64,000 nt of DNA from contig JANJGN010000034.1 in NCBI GenBank assembly GCA_026770705.1, positions 6,572,001-6,636,000 of the forward strand, given 5' to 3'. Source of the stretch: Isurus oxyrinchus. Its lineage: Eukaryota. The position numbers were made by a program, and so were the translations under genes. The notes under the pieces were generated by a model. It saw only the letters and a list, made by a program, of their open reading frames with translations, searched no databases and was not told where the DNA came from. Shown here in pieces: positions 50,836 through 62,701 of this stretch. The stretch's first letter is position 1, and each line of letters starts with the position of its first letter.

Positions 50836-51269
50836 CTCTTATTGCACTTTATGTGCTACTTATAGTGAGGTACACTTCTCACACTCAATCTGTTTTCTTT
50901 GGGTACCTTGCGTCCAGAGACAGAACACACCTATGTTTCCTTCACTACCGCTCTAAAGCAATGTTACATTTACCTGCATTTTCTTTTGCTCTAGTTTTCC
51001 CTTCTTTTCACTTTGTGCAAACCCTGCAATAGAATTGTTTGTATGATATTATTTGGCCATGTTTCAACTGCACTTTTGCATCCGTACTGCCACCACTTGT
51101 GAATATTTTACCGAATGATTCCTCTAATCACTTTCATGTGCGCGCTTCAGTGCACCAGCTTAACATTCTCATTTTACTTACATCTGACTTGCCTCATCTC
51201 GCAGCTGCGAAGCACCCACACAAAGTTACAACACAAATACGATGAGAAGGCTGTTGCCACAGAAATATG

Positions 51270-52042
51270 TTAGAACATAAACCTCAAGCTACGTTTCCAC
51301 TGACTGGGCATCTCAGTATAAGCTCTGTAAGTGTCAGAGAGTTGAAGGAAATGTTGTGGCAAGCCATACGATGAATAACTTTAATGGGTAACCATTACCC
51401 AACCTATCTGGTGAGATGATGCCGAACGGAAACTCAAAGAAACATTCCAAGAGGTTGAGAATAAATTGGATGAAGCAGATATATTGGGGGATTAGAGATG
51501 ATAATTGGATGAGTTATAGTAAAATACAAGCACGTTGTAAATCTGATCAGCAATCTATATCCGGGCTCGACAACATCCAACATACAATGAGCTTAGTACT
51601 AATTTCAAACATACCCTACCAATCAGCAGATTTCTGAGCATTGCTCCGTTCCAGTCACTGAACACCAAAGTAAAGCCAACACAATTTGCAAACCGAAATC
51701 ATATATTAAGTAATGATTTATTTTGTAATTACCAGTACTCTGCATGGCATAATGTCTTTGCCTCTTCCGGTACTCTTAGGCCATCTATCCTATTCGCCGC
51801 AAAGTCATTGGACAGATGCAACTGGCACATGAGAGTGACCTCGAAATCTATGAGAGCAGAAGTCCCAGATACTGTCTGTACCATCTTGATCTGGGTTTCC
51901 AAAGCCTTGACTGTCTTGAAAGTTTACACGAAAGCCATTGGTAGGGTGGGGACTGTGGGTATGAATTTTCATCAGAAGACAAAAGAACAGCTGTGTGCTG
52001 CATGAGATAAAAAAGCATATCTATTAAAAATGGTTTAATTAT
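51270..52042 (+). pseudogene. Copy B exon, 5' part (split by Gypsy)
   Basis: LVLISNIPY~LELFKKLPF; QYSAWHN..DRCNWHM~KYAAYNT..EQCHQYM. Confidence 0.6.
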
Positions 52043-52271
52043 TGTGAAAAGTAGCTTTCATAATAATACTTGTTAGGCAAGGCCACATGATATTTAGTAG
52101 CCATTAGAAGAGTAGCCCGGACTACCTCAGCAGCCAGGGTAGAGATAGACTGGAATTGAAAGTGCACATGTAGTTGCTGCTGATACTTTTTAAATAAACT
52201 TATTGTTACATCTAATAAGTATCTGCAGATCAACTCTATCATTAATATCACAACTCAGACGTCCTACAACA
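52043..52271 (+). repeat. 5' LTR
   Basis: tgtgaaaagtag...aataaactt...tctgcag...ctacaaca; direct repeat of 56443-56695. Confidence 0.9.
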
Positions 52272-55200
52272 AACTGGCAAGGACGGTGAAACAGGATTGA
52301 ACAGAAGAAATCGAGTTATAAAAAACACAGCACTGCACCTCACACAGTGATTGAAAGTAGCAAACTCCATTAGAATGGAAGCAATTATCCTCTCTAAAAA
52401 TGCAACAATTTGGAAAATTGACCCTTCTGAAAATACCACAGGTGCTTGGTCTCAATACATAGAGTGCCTCACATTCTTTTTTCAAGATAATTAGATTGCG
52501 GGGTAAGAGAATGCGTATGTGGCCATCTTGGGTGCTTACGGATGCTAAAGCTATAGGCTGATTCGAAGGTTTACAGCAGCAAGTGCCCCAGATTCGAAGA
52601 ATTCTGATGAATTCATGGACCACGTGATTGTTCATTTTCAACCAAAGCCCTCAGTTGCGATGTACTTGTTCGGGTTTACTGAGCGAAATAGAGTCCTGGG
52701 TGAGACAATTGTATGCCTCATGGCATATTTTAAGCAGCGGACAAAACATTCTGAGTTCAACTCCGAATTACATGCTCGGTGGTCGTTTCAGATGTGGTGT
52801 GAAAGAGGAAAATTATTAAGAAAAGATAGTGAATAGTGAATCTCGATTTCAAGGAGGTGTTGGAGGCAGCTCTGGCCATAGAAAGCGCAGGGAGAGCTTC
52901 GAATCCAAGACACTTCACGCAAAATGACATTATCCTTCATATCGGACAGGAAACCTCAGTTGAAAGATTCTGTCAAAAAGCTGGAAAGAGCCCCCTGTTT
53001 CCGATGAATGAAGAAATATGGCTTAACAGTGAAATTTAAGAATAATTCTAATAGAGCTGAAAACAATCAGACTTTTAGCAAATAATCATTAAAAATAAAC
53101 ATCAAAAGCGGCTATTGCCATGGAAATTGACATTAGGTGAGGCAGTGCAGTGAACTTCAAGTAGGCTAGTAAACAAATGGAGAAACGCAATGAACCTGTC
53201 ATGCAGAAGAGCCTGTAACAGCAAATTCAGACATATACTCGTTGTTCAATCTGAAAGCTGAAAGGGCAAGACCAATTATTGTTGCGGTGAAAATAAACGT
53301 TAAACTTGTTAGAATAGCAGTGTACACGGAGGCTTTCACTATAGTAAGTTGAGTACAAAGCCTTCAGATATTTGAATAATAGGGAACATCAATTTACTTT
53401 AGAAGAAACACAAACCAAGCTGAGAACATATACAGTTGAACACGTTTCTGTAAAATACACAAGCAGAGTAACTGTCCATTACAGGAGCCAATCGGCAAAA
53501 CTATGCATGATGGTGGTAGCAGGTAAAGGGTCAAACCTCCTGGGGCGAAATTGGTTAAAGGGGATTAAGTTAGTTTGGGCTGTTTACATTTTCCAGTTGA
53601 GCGCCAGTGAGTTACCAGAGTTACTTAACCATGCACCATAACATTTAAGGACAAAGTAGGGAACATCCAGGGCCTGAAATCCAAGTTTCATGTGGTTCCG
53701 GATGGAACCCCTGACTTCACGAAATTGAGACTGCTGCCATACGGCCTGCAAGAAAAATATGTTATTGTATTTAACAGAATAGAGAAACTGGGCGTAACAC
53801 AAACTGTTCAGCTCTCAGGATGTGCAGCACCCAGAGTTCCCGTTCGCAAGCCCGACCATGATGCCCGAGTGGGTGCAAACTACGAAATGAAGGTTAAAGT
53901 AGCTTATCTAGACATGCACGCCATTCCAAAAATAGAAGACCGGAATGGCAATCTTGTAGGAGGTACAAAGCATAGAGATCTTTACGTGAGTCACGCTTAT
54001 CAATGGCTATAAATGCGTAATGCCTCTTGGTAAGTTGTCACAATTAATATCCAAAAAGTGTTGTACCAATATAAATGATGGCCTTTTGATGTCTATTCCG
54101 CTTGTGCTATCATTAAGAGAACAATGAAAAGCTTTCTGCAGGGGCTGCTCTGGATTGAAGCCTATTTAAATGATGCATTTCTTGGAGGGTTCATTTAAAT
54201 ATAACATTTGGTATACTCAGAAAAAGTCTAAAACGTTCTTTTGCAAAATGGAGTAGATTTAATGAAGGAAAAGTCCGCGGTCCATGCGAGTTACTTAATT
54301 TCCTTGGATGACTGGGTAGATTCACAGTGCCCCCACTCCATTGAGGAAAAAGCGACAATCAAAAGAGAGACATCTGTGCCAAAGATCGCCGCAGAGCTCA
54401 AATCATTCCTAGGAATGAACAAATATTATGGTTGGTCCTTACCCAACTTGCTCCTGCCCTTGCATTCTCTACTGAAAAACAACCAACCTTGGTCTTCAGA
54501 TGCACCCTGGAAAGAATCTTTGAGAAAGGTGAAATCATTGTTGCACTTAGCAAATAAATTAGTTTATTAAGACCAGGTGAAAGAATTGGTGCTTATATGT
54601 GGCTCCTCTCCCTACAGAATGATAGCAGTGCTATCTTATCTGATGGACAACGGCACAGAGCGGCCAATGGGTTGCATATCAAGAATGGTCACTACAGTAG
54701 AAAAAGTTTACTCGCAAATAGAACAAAAAATGCCTGCCCATCATCATTTTTGCCAAGACGTTTCACCAGCACTTAGACACCCGCCATTTTACAAGGGCTG
54801 CTTAGTGAGGACAAGGCTCTACCACCCATCGCCAAATCAAGAATTCAAACACGTGCTTTAATGTGCTTTAATTGTGGGAGCACACAAATACAGGTACATA
54901 CAAAGATCTGTCAATCAAATCGCAATCGCCAATGCCCTTAACGTTTTAGATTTGCAAGAAAATGATGAGCATGTCCAAGTTCCAAATTAAATTGTTTAAT
55001 GTTAAATTCATTACCGTCCCCGCAGGTATGTCCTTGACTGAATCAGAGACTACAAAAGTCAGAACCCAGTGCACTGTCAAATACGAAACTATGTTTTACA
55101 TGCTTGGCACAAGGGCCCATAACAGAATAAATGAAACTATACTTCAAGAGAAGAAAGGAAATAGACAGCCAGGATGTCATGTTATTGTGGGCAACAGTAG

Positions 55201-56442
55201 TTGATCTAAAGGGAAGCGGGATACTTTTAGTTGAACTAATGGCGCCCATCCAGGAATTAACCTGTTGAAGAGCACAGAACGTAACTCCCTATGGTGGCCT
55301 TCAATTGATGGCAAAATAAAGGCAGTAAAGCACTGTGTGCAATGTCAACAACTGCAAAAATTGACAGTGACAGCTCCATTTCATCCATGGGAGAGGCGAG
55401 GTAGAGCCTGGTTGTGGTTACATATTGACCATGTTGGACCTTTCAGGGAAAAAATGTTCACTGTTGATACACATTCAAAATCCTTGGACTATATGAGGTG
55501 AAGTCACCAATGTCGGCTGCTACACGCGACAAACTTCGACAGCGTTCTGAAATTCAGGGACTATCAGGACTCGTAATTTGCAATAACATGACAGCATTTA
55601 CACGTTCTGACTTTCAACAGTTAATCAGGCACATCGTTATAACTCCAGGCTGATCGCTATAACTCACGTGAAAACTGCAACATACCACCTTTCCTCAAAC
55701 AGACTGGCTGAAAGGGTGGTTCAAACGTCCAAACAGGCATTAAAAATTTAACTTGCAATTCCTTGAAAACGAAGCTGGCACAATTTAGTTTCCATTACTG
55801 GAATATTCCTCATAAAACAACAGATGTCTCTCCTGCAGAGTAACTGTTGAAACGCCATCTCATGACGAATTGAGCTTAATGATGTGGAATTTAGACAGCA
55901 AAGTGGAGTGCAGCTAGGAAAGCCAGAAAACCTAATAACACATGTATTGTCATGAAACGAAATTTAGCGTGGCAGAGCCAGCAGAGATGAAAAGCCTCAG
56001 GAATGAACCAAAGTGCTAATCGGGTGAAATAGGTGTTGCAACTGGCCTTTATCTTACCATATGGAGATAGAAAGCTGGATCGTTTGTAAACATGTGGGCC
56101 ATTTAAGGAAGGGACAAATCACCAAGATTTGGTTCCACCAATGATCATGGGCGGGTTAGCTTTTCCTGTTGAGAATATTCAGCCGAGCACTGACATGCCG
56201 AAAGTTCCTGAAAGAGTAGATCAGTTCAGAACTACAAGTGCCTACTGAAGCACCTGATGTTCAGGCAACTCCTGAAAGGGAGGCGCCTTACAAGGGAACT
56301 GTAATTATGAGCTGAAACGTTCCACAACTTCGAGGAAACCACCGGAAAGGCTGGACTTGTAGATTCCGTTCCCAGTGTAAATTATATGTTGCCATGAAAA
56401 ATATGTATTTTTCAATATACAGACGAATTAAAGGGAGAAGGA

Positions 56443-56695
56443 AGTGAAAAGTATCACTTTTAGTGCATAATGCACTTTTAAGAATAGCACTTGTTATCCA
56501 ACATTCCATGATCTATATTAATGATTAGGATAGTAGTTCGGGCTACCTTTGCAGCCAGTGTGGAGAAAGAGTTGGATTTGAAAGCACACGTGTAATTGGT
56601 GCTGAATATATTGCAAATAAACTTAATGTTCCCACCTAAAAAGCGTCTGCAGAGGAATTTTATCATTCATAGCACAACCGCACCAACCTGTAACA
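56443..56695 (+). repeat. 3' LTR
   Basis: agtgaaaagtat...aataaactt...tctgcag...ctgtaaca, directly after the PPT. Confidence 0.9.
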
Positions 56696-56950
56696 CCATT
56701 GTATTTGGTGCAATGCTTCAGCAATCCGACTGCAATGCTGGGATGTCCAGGCATCAGTTCTAAACACTGCCATAAAGATACAGTGTTGTAGCAGCCTGAG
56801 ATTACACGGCATCAAAGGACTTCTATTAGATCACTTGTAATTGTTGGAAACGCTTGGTGCTGAAATCAAAGCTGAAGTTTCGGCCACTAGATGCTGCATC
56901 ACGATTGCTTGTTCACATCGTCTAATGTAGCAGTCCCCCTTTCACCAATA
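56696..56950 (+). pseudogene. Copy B exon, 3' part (after Gypsy)
   Basis: IVFGAMLQ (copy A FLFSCMLQ; GREB1 AFSYSML); LGAEI~LGEEI. Confidence 0.65.
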
Positions 56951-57730
56951 GTAAATAATGGGTTTGCACTCCACGAATTTCCCCAAGCCTTGTTTTTGCT
57001 GCACATAGCATCTTACATGGCATTGTTTGTAGTAGGATTTCAAATCATTCTTCTGCAGCAGAATTCATGATTATTTCGGCAGCCAGCCAGCTTTCTCGTG
57101 CAGTATCCTTCTGCCACTACCAAGGCTGCATGCCACATCATCGACATACTCTCCCTCGTTTACCCTCTCACCAATCACAAACACAGACAAACGCAGACAC
57201 TGACACACACTGGCACACACTTGTCCATGTTCAATTGTACCCAGTCTCTGGCCAGGTGACTGTTCTTTCACAACCGCACCCTTCAAAGAAGGCGCTGTTC
57301 AATATGTGACATTGGGATGGTGCAACTGATTAACTTATTCTTTCCTCTGTGCATGTTTATTTTTTTACGTCCAGTGAATGAGAAGAACAATTATTTAGAA
57401 TCCACAAACGTACAATAACAAAACCGAAATAATTTGTGTGCTGGGTGGAGATCAGTGCAGACAAGCATGGAAGGAAAGCATGTTCAAACATTTCAGGTAC
57501 AATATATTGGCGGATGAGAGGTGGGTGGAATTAGAGAAAGATAAATATTGTTCTTGATACCATCATGATCACAGACACACTTCCTTTGGAAGACCAGTGT
57601 AATTTCTTGCAAGGCGTATAAACCTGCAGGCATGATTATCCCCCACCCCTCCCCACACTGCTCACCTCCCAGCAAGTCAGTTAATTACAGCTTCCTATTG
57701 TTATGATGTGCCTTCTCCTTATTCGCAAAG

Positions 57731-58246
57731 GTGAATTCTATCAATATGTGTTGTGAATGATTTCCCTATTCCGGGCTCTGTGGTTGAATAGATGTCATTG
57801 CACGTGTGTGCTATGCAAAATTGGTATATGGTTTACGGCTACACTCATGACATGAATATGCCACAAGCGTTAAGAATGGTATGGTTCAGTCGTTCTTATT
57901 GGCGGTTGCTAGTGGATGGATCATTATTGTTGCCATGAACTGAGCAGTGGAACTGGCTGCTTTTATCCTTTCTAGGATATGGCAATCGCTAATGAATTCA
58001 CCAATCTGGACCTCTCTTGTGAGATAATTAGCCGATCTTTTTATTGTGCTTCCAGTTTATTGCACTATACTGTTCCCGCAGGCCTGGGCTGCTATATCTT
58101 TTCCACTGCCAGCTGAGCATCATTCTAGATGCCCTCGAGCTCAGTAATTCTTTGAGTTCATTCCCTGTCATGGGAAGCTTTGCTGAGGTTTTAACTGCAA
58201 ATGCATTTGCTTAATCAATATAGAATGAACCTGGACGTTCAGAATT
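57731..58246 (+). pseudogene. Copy B exon (start of the TAGT domain)
   Basis: NSPIWTSLVR*LADLF~KSPTFTPTTGRHEHGLF; LSIILDALELSNSLSSFP~LHVLVVKEYEMAIYKKYWP. Confidence 0.6.
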
Positions 58247-58458
58247 GTAACTTGTCATTAAGCAGAGTTCAGCAAGCGCATTTTCGTGTCCCCTGTTTGG
58301 CTGTGCAACAAATGACCAGGGCTGGGATTGCTGGTTGCACGCAATAACCTTTCATCTAAAATAAATGAAATCATTGTATTTTTTGACTAACAATAAGTAT
58401 GCATTAAGGTTAATCATGGGCAGATTTTATTTTATATTTCGCCATTATAATATTTTAG

Positions 58459-58650
58459 CGGTAGGTTTTAAGAAGCCTTCTTTGTGTAAATTGGAATGTG
58501 AGATTTTGGAACGTTTGCTCATGACAGCACATTGTTCAGTACAACGCATAACTCTTCAGACATTGGAACCGTCCATGCCATTTGCAGCAGCACCTCGACA
58601 ACATTCAGGTGTGAGATGATAAGTGCCAAAAGACATTTACTGCACACAAA
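58459..58650 (+). pseudogene. Copy B exon (TAGT catalytic DD region)
   Basis: AVGFKKPSLCKLECEILE~GVGAAHFLIKELSYHNLE; SMPFAAA/LDNIQV*~IWPFIVISDDSCVMW. Confidence 0.7.
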
Positions 58651-58659
58651 TGTCAAGCA

Positions 58660-59160
58660 ATGAACATTATCAAGAAAGATAATCTTCCTGCTACTCCTTC
58701 GCAATCAATATCATTACGATATCCCATTATCAACCGGCCGGGAACTGACATCACTAAAGCTCCATTTCTGAATAAGATGAGATAATTCACTTTGACCAAA
58801 GCTAACCTTGATCACACATATCAAAAGTGTAACTGCACACGCAGGTAAGAGGCTGAAAATTCTGTGCCACGTAAGTGATCATTCCCTTCAGGAATTGTGT
58901 TCATAATGCCAATGCATAATTCAGCAGTATGGTGACATCTCCATTTGCCTTGCTGCGCGTTATTCCAACAAAGCTGAAAAAGCTCGACAACAACAAAAGC
59001 AAACCATCCCCTCTGATGGTCATCATCCATCACTTAAAAACTCATGGACTCGACCACCGACAGGCAATGCCAACAGTGTGCACCGTGTACAAAATGAAAG
59101 TACAGAATTGCTCAAGACGAGTTGGAGTGAACAATGAAAGTGCATGACATCTACCATAGG
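58660..59160 (+). mobile_element. CR1-group LINE fragment
   Basis: IPTKLKKLDN; caacagtgtgcaccgtgtacaaaatg family text. Confidence 0.65.
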
Positions 59161-59164
59161 AAAA

Positions 59165-60900
59165 CAGAATGTCTGTAGCACAGACGTAGGTCATTCAGCC
59201 CTTCTTGTTTCAGACAATTTGTCTTGTTCCATTCTTCTGCTTTCTACAAGCAGTAGGGCACAATCTTCATTTAAAAAAAAAACAATCAGGTTCCTTCTTT
59301 AATAACTCAGCTGAGCCTCCTTCACCAAACTGTCAGGCAGCAAATTCCAGATCCCATTAATTCGCTGCGTGAAGTTATTCTTCATTATTTCTCCTTTACT
59401 TCTTTTTTCAATTATCTTAAACCTGTGCCCTTTTGTTTCCCTCCTTTGCACCAATTGTAACATTATTTTCGCTATCCACTGTGTCCAGAAACCTCCTGAT
59501 ATTGAATAGCCTCTCATTCACATACTCTTCTTGATAAACAATATAAGCTTATGTCAACTATCCGTGTGATGCATGTTTGCAATTTTTATGTCCGGTTTAA
59601 TGCCTGCACAAATTTCGTGAATTTTTTTGAACATAAATAGACGCAGTGCCCTAGTGAAGGGCCAGCCAGTTTTATGCAACGTCACTGTAACAATTTTATT
59701 TTCGTTTCAGAGATGCCCCTATGAATAAAGCTTGAGAAGTTATGACATTTATTAACTACTCAACCTGCCCTGCCAAATTCAATGATTTATGCGCACATCA
59801 TATTGTATAACCTCTATGTCTGCACCGAAGGTATAATTATATCATATATTTTCTATATTCTCTTTGCTTTATTTATACTAACAAGAATGACTTCACATAT
59901 GGTGCATGCAATTTTATTGGCCACTTGTTCCCCTATTCCACCAACCTGCCTATATAATGTTTAAGTTGACACATGACAATGCTTACAAGATTCATATTAT
60001 CCACACATTTTGAGATTCTACCAAGGTCACCAAATTATTACTAAATTGCATATTTCAGGAGGAGCAAGGGATTTAACTCAGGATCCCAGACTGTTTTTTT
60101 TTTATCTGAAAATCCCTCTCCCTCTCTCATTTCTAAAAATAAAGTCGGTTATCATTCATTAAACACTACGGCTTGTTTCCTGCCACTCAATTTCGTACTA
60201 ATCTTGCTATTTTCACTTTTAATGCATAAATTGTAAGTCCGGGCCACAAAGATTAAGCTGGCTGGACCGACATTCCTGCTGTTGCCTGCACAGCATTTGA
60301 TTTGAACAGGTGTGCAAGTTTGCAAATCCTTATCCCCTGGCACCAAGTTTCATTGTAAGACATACTGTGAAGCTAAATCCAAATCCTCCCCAATTTCCAC
60401 TGTAACGTTCCTTGGCAACTTTAGATGTATCCCATACGGTCCAATTGCCATATGAGCTGTAAGCACACACAGCCGATCTAAAATATCTTCCTCATCAGTT
60501 TGAAACTTGTAAAGTGTCTGGACCGCTTTCACTTTCACCATGAAGTACATTGCATCTTGTTCATTTCGAAGGAGAAACGCAAAGTTTTGTACCTCAGGCA
60601 AGGCCCCTGTTTCTATTCGTTTTCGTGTCCAATCAGTTTTTCTTTTCTCTGATCAGTTTCAATGCTCATTTACATGCATTCTACAAGTTATAGCTTAACT
60701 CAAAATATTTTTCTTCCGTTTTAAATAGTTACTGGGCTGCTTTAATTCTCTCTTTTTGTATATATTATATATTTATTATTTTCATGTCCCCTATGAACAT
60801 TCGACATTCAGCCTGCTTTTAAGTTTTTATGTGCTCCTTATACCTATAAATGCACACTTTTCCTTCTTTATCTCAATCTGCATCTGTTTTATCTTCTTGG
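59165..60900 (-). mobile_element. Decayed CR1 LINE, antisense
   Basis: Minus ORF TKGHRFKI...NNFTQRINGIWNLLP (CR1 C-terminal TRGH..K...FF.QRVV..WN.LP); AIGPYGIHLK (GPDGIHP). Confidence 0.85.
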
Positions 60901-61364
60901 ATTTCAGGCTTTGTTTGCAATGCTTTTCATTTAATGCAAAGATATTTTGTCTCTGCCATAAATAATTCTTTTCGAAATGAAGCCCATTGTTCCGATAGTG
61001 CTTGGCCCGCCAGTTTCAAAGGGCATGAATTACAGACACATCAGATAATAGACACCTATAAGTTTGCTTCAAAGCCACGCACCACCCTGCGTAGCAACAA
61101 TATCAAACATCATTCACTGTCGCTGTATCAAAATATTTGTCCTCGCTTTCTAATAACAGTGTGGGTGTTGTCCATCTGCACTAAGAGGACTGCAGGTTTC
61201 AGTAGGCGACTCACGGCCATTGTTTTATGGGCAATTAGCAATGGTCAGCGTACTAAGACCTCACTGAGGACATGTATCTCCCATGAGAGGGAAACAGTAA
61301 AATAAAAACTTCAGAAAAGTCTCACGGCGCCTTTGATCCAGAAATTGGTGTGTCAAATTAAAAG

Positions 61365-61570
61365 GTACTAACATCCAGTGCAGTACTGAATAAAGTGCTT
61401 AACCACTGCAAGAGCCAACTTTTAGATTTCACGTTGAATCGAAGGGCTGTCTCCACTCTCTCAGGTCGCATTAAAAGGTTGCAGAGCGGGATTTTAAAGT
61501 AGAGAATGACAGTTGTCACGGTCAATATGCATGCCTTGGAAAAATTGCAGCCGGAATGTATTACCTGTTT
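61365..61570 (+). mobile_element. Deu-domain SINE fragment (SacSINE1/AmnSINE-like)
   Basis: cagtgcagtactga...ttttagatttcacgttgaatcgaagggctgtctccactctctcaggtcgcattaaaag matches the Deu core. Confidence 0.65.
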
Positions 61571-61724
61571 GTAATAACTGAAAGTCGTAGGTTCTGCAAT
61601 TGTGCAATGGATCCATTTTAAGTGTTCCTGATTTTTTGTAGTTTTGTTAGGGAGGCCTCTCTGTCGTGAATAGTCTTTTAGAAACGCAAGCCTTCATTTA
61701 TCCTTTACATTTAACATGTATAGG

Positions 61725-61930
61725 GACAGTAGTACATAAGACACTGCTTGAAACGAGCGTTGTCAAAGGAACTCGTTTTCGACAAGAATTCCAAAAAAAT
61801 ATGTCATTCAAATAAAAGTAGACAGTCGGCTAAGATTAATTTGTTAATGAGAAGGCTGGAGAATGCACTTTCAGAAATGTCAACTTTTCCAAATGTTGAG
61901 GACTGCAAACATCAGAAACACAAAAATTTT
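61725..61930 (+). pseudogene. Copy B exon
   Basis: LENALSEMSTFPNV~LKHIMQHIEAAPDI; boundaries approximate. Confidence 0.5.
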
Positions 61931-61987
61931 TCTTGATTGCACGGATTTAATTTAAAAAATTATTTGTTTTGCTTTTTTGGTTCTCAG

Positions 61988-62023
61988 AATTGGACAAACT
62001 GAAGGGAGTTCTCAGCGATACAG
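61988..62023 (+). CDS. 36-bp phase-1 micro-exon (E)LDKLKGVLSDT
   Basis: ttgcttttttggttctcag|aattggacaaactgaagggagttctcagcgatacag|gtgggg; paralogous to the 49292 exon. Confidence 0.75.
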
Positions 62024-62701
62024 GTGGGGTAATTAAATTAATTTACTATTTCAGAAATCAGTTGTTCTCATTGACCGGTACCTTGCAAAGAACTAACTGT
62101 CAAATAACATAAACCCTCATCCACATTCAATTTCACCATTAACATCATTGAAATCCATTACCTCAATACAAGTGAGTAATAATAGACTTGACAACATGTG
62201 AATGCCGTGGTACAGTTCATTTAACAAAATGCTTCAATCCAACTGAACACACCTGGAAATTAGAGGCCAAGGATCAGTCAAAACCTCTGCAAAACACTAT
62301 CACACCAAGTACTCACACGTAGAAATCTTCAGGTTTTCTGGTAGCACATACTTAGCTGGCAGCAATGTTTTAAATGAAGACATTACTTGAGTTTCATGGA
62401 AATATTTATCTGCTGTCAAGGACTACTAAATAATCCTAAAAGAATCATTGCACTGCAAGAAGGAACTCAACGCCATTTAGTTCATTTGACGAGATGAATA
62501 GTATGTGTTTCAGTTTAATATTAGCAGCACAGGTTCAATTCCCACCATGGCCGTGGTAGACTTCTGACCGGCCTTATTGCCCCGTTGATCGAAAATAGAA
62601 GGCAATGGGAAGGCATAACTGACTAAAACTGCCAAAAAAAAAAACAGCTCAGGATGAAGAATCCGCTGATAGTATTCCATGAACATGGCTTTAGGCAACA
62701 G

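Larger units (their letters stand above)
52043..56695 (+). mobile_element. Full-length but decayed Gypsy/Ty3 LTR retrotransposon
   Basis: LTRs 52043-52271 (TG...CA) and 56443-56695; PBS aactggcaaggacgg; PPT aaagggagaagga; gag (IGKIDP..WSQYIE), protease (LLGRNWL), RT (AAPRVPVRKPD, YLND), RNase H (ICGSSPY..AVLS..GTERP), integrase (WWPSID..C.QCQ..PW..LHIDHVGPF) in Gypsy order. Confidence 0.95.

Noticed and set aside
60850-61305. 151-aa ORF
   Set aside because: Spans the junction of an antisense CR1 and a LINE tail fragment; no coherent protein signal.
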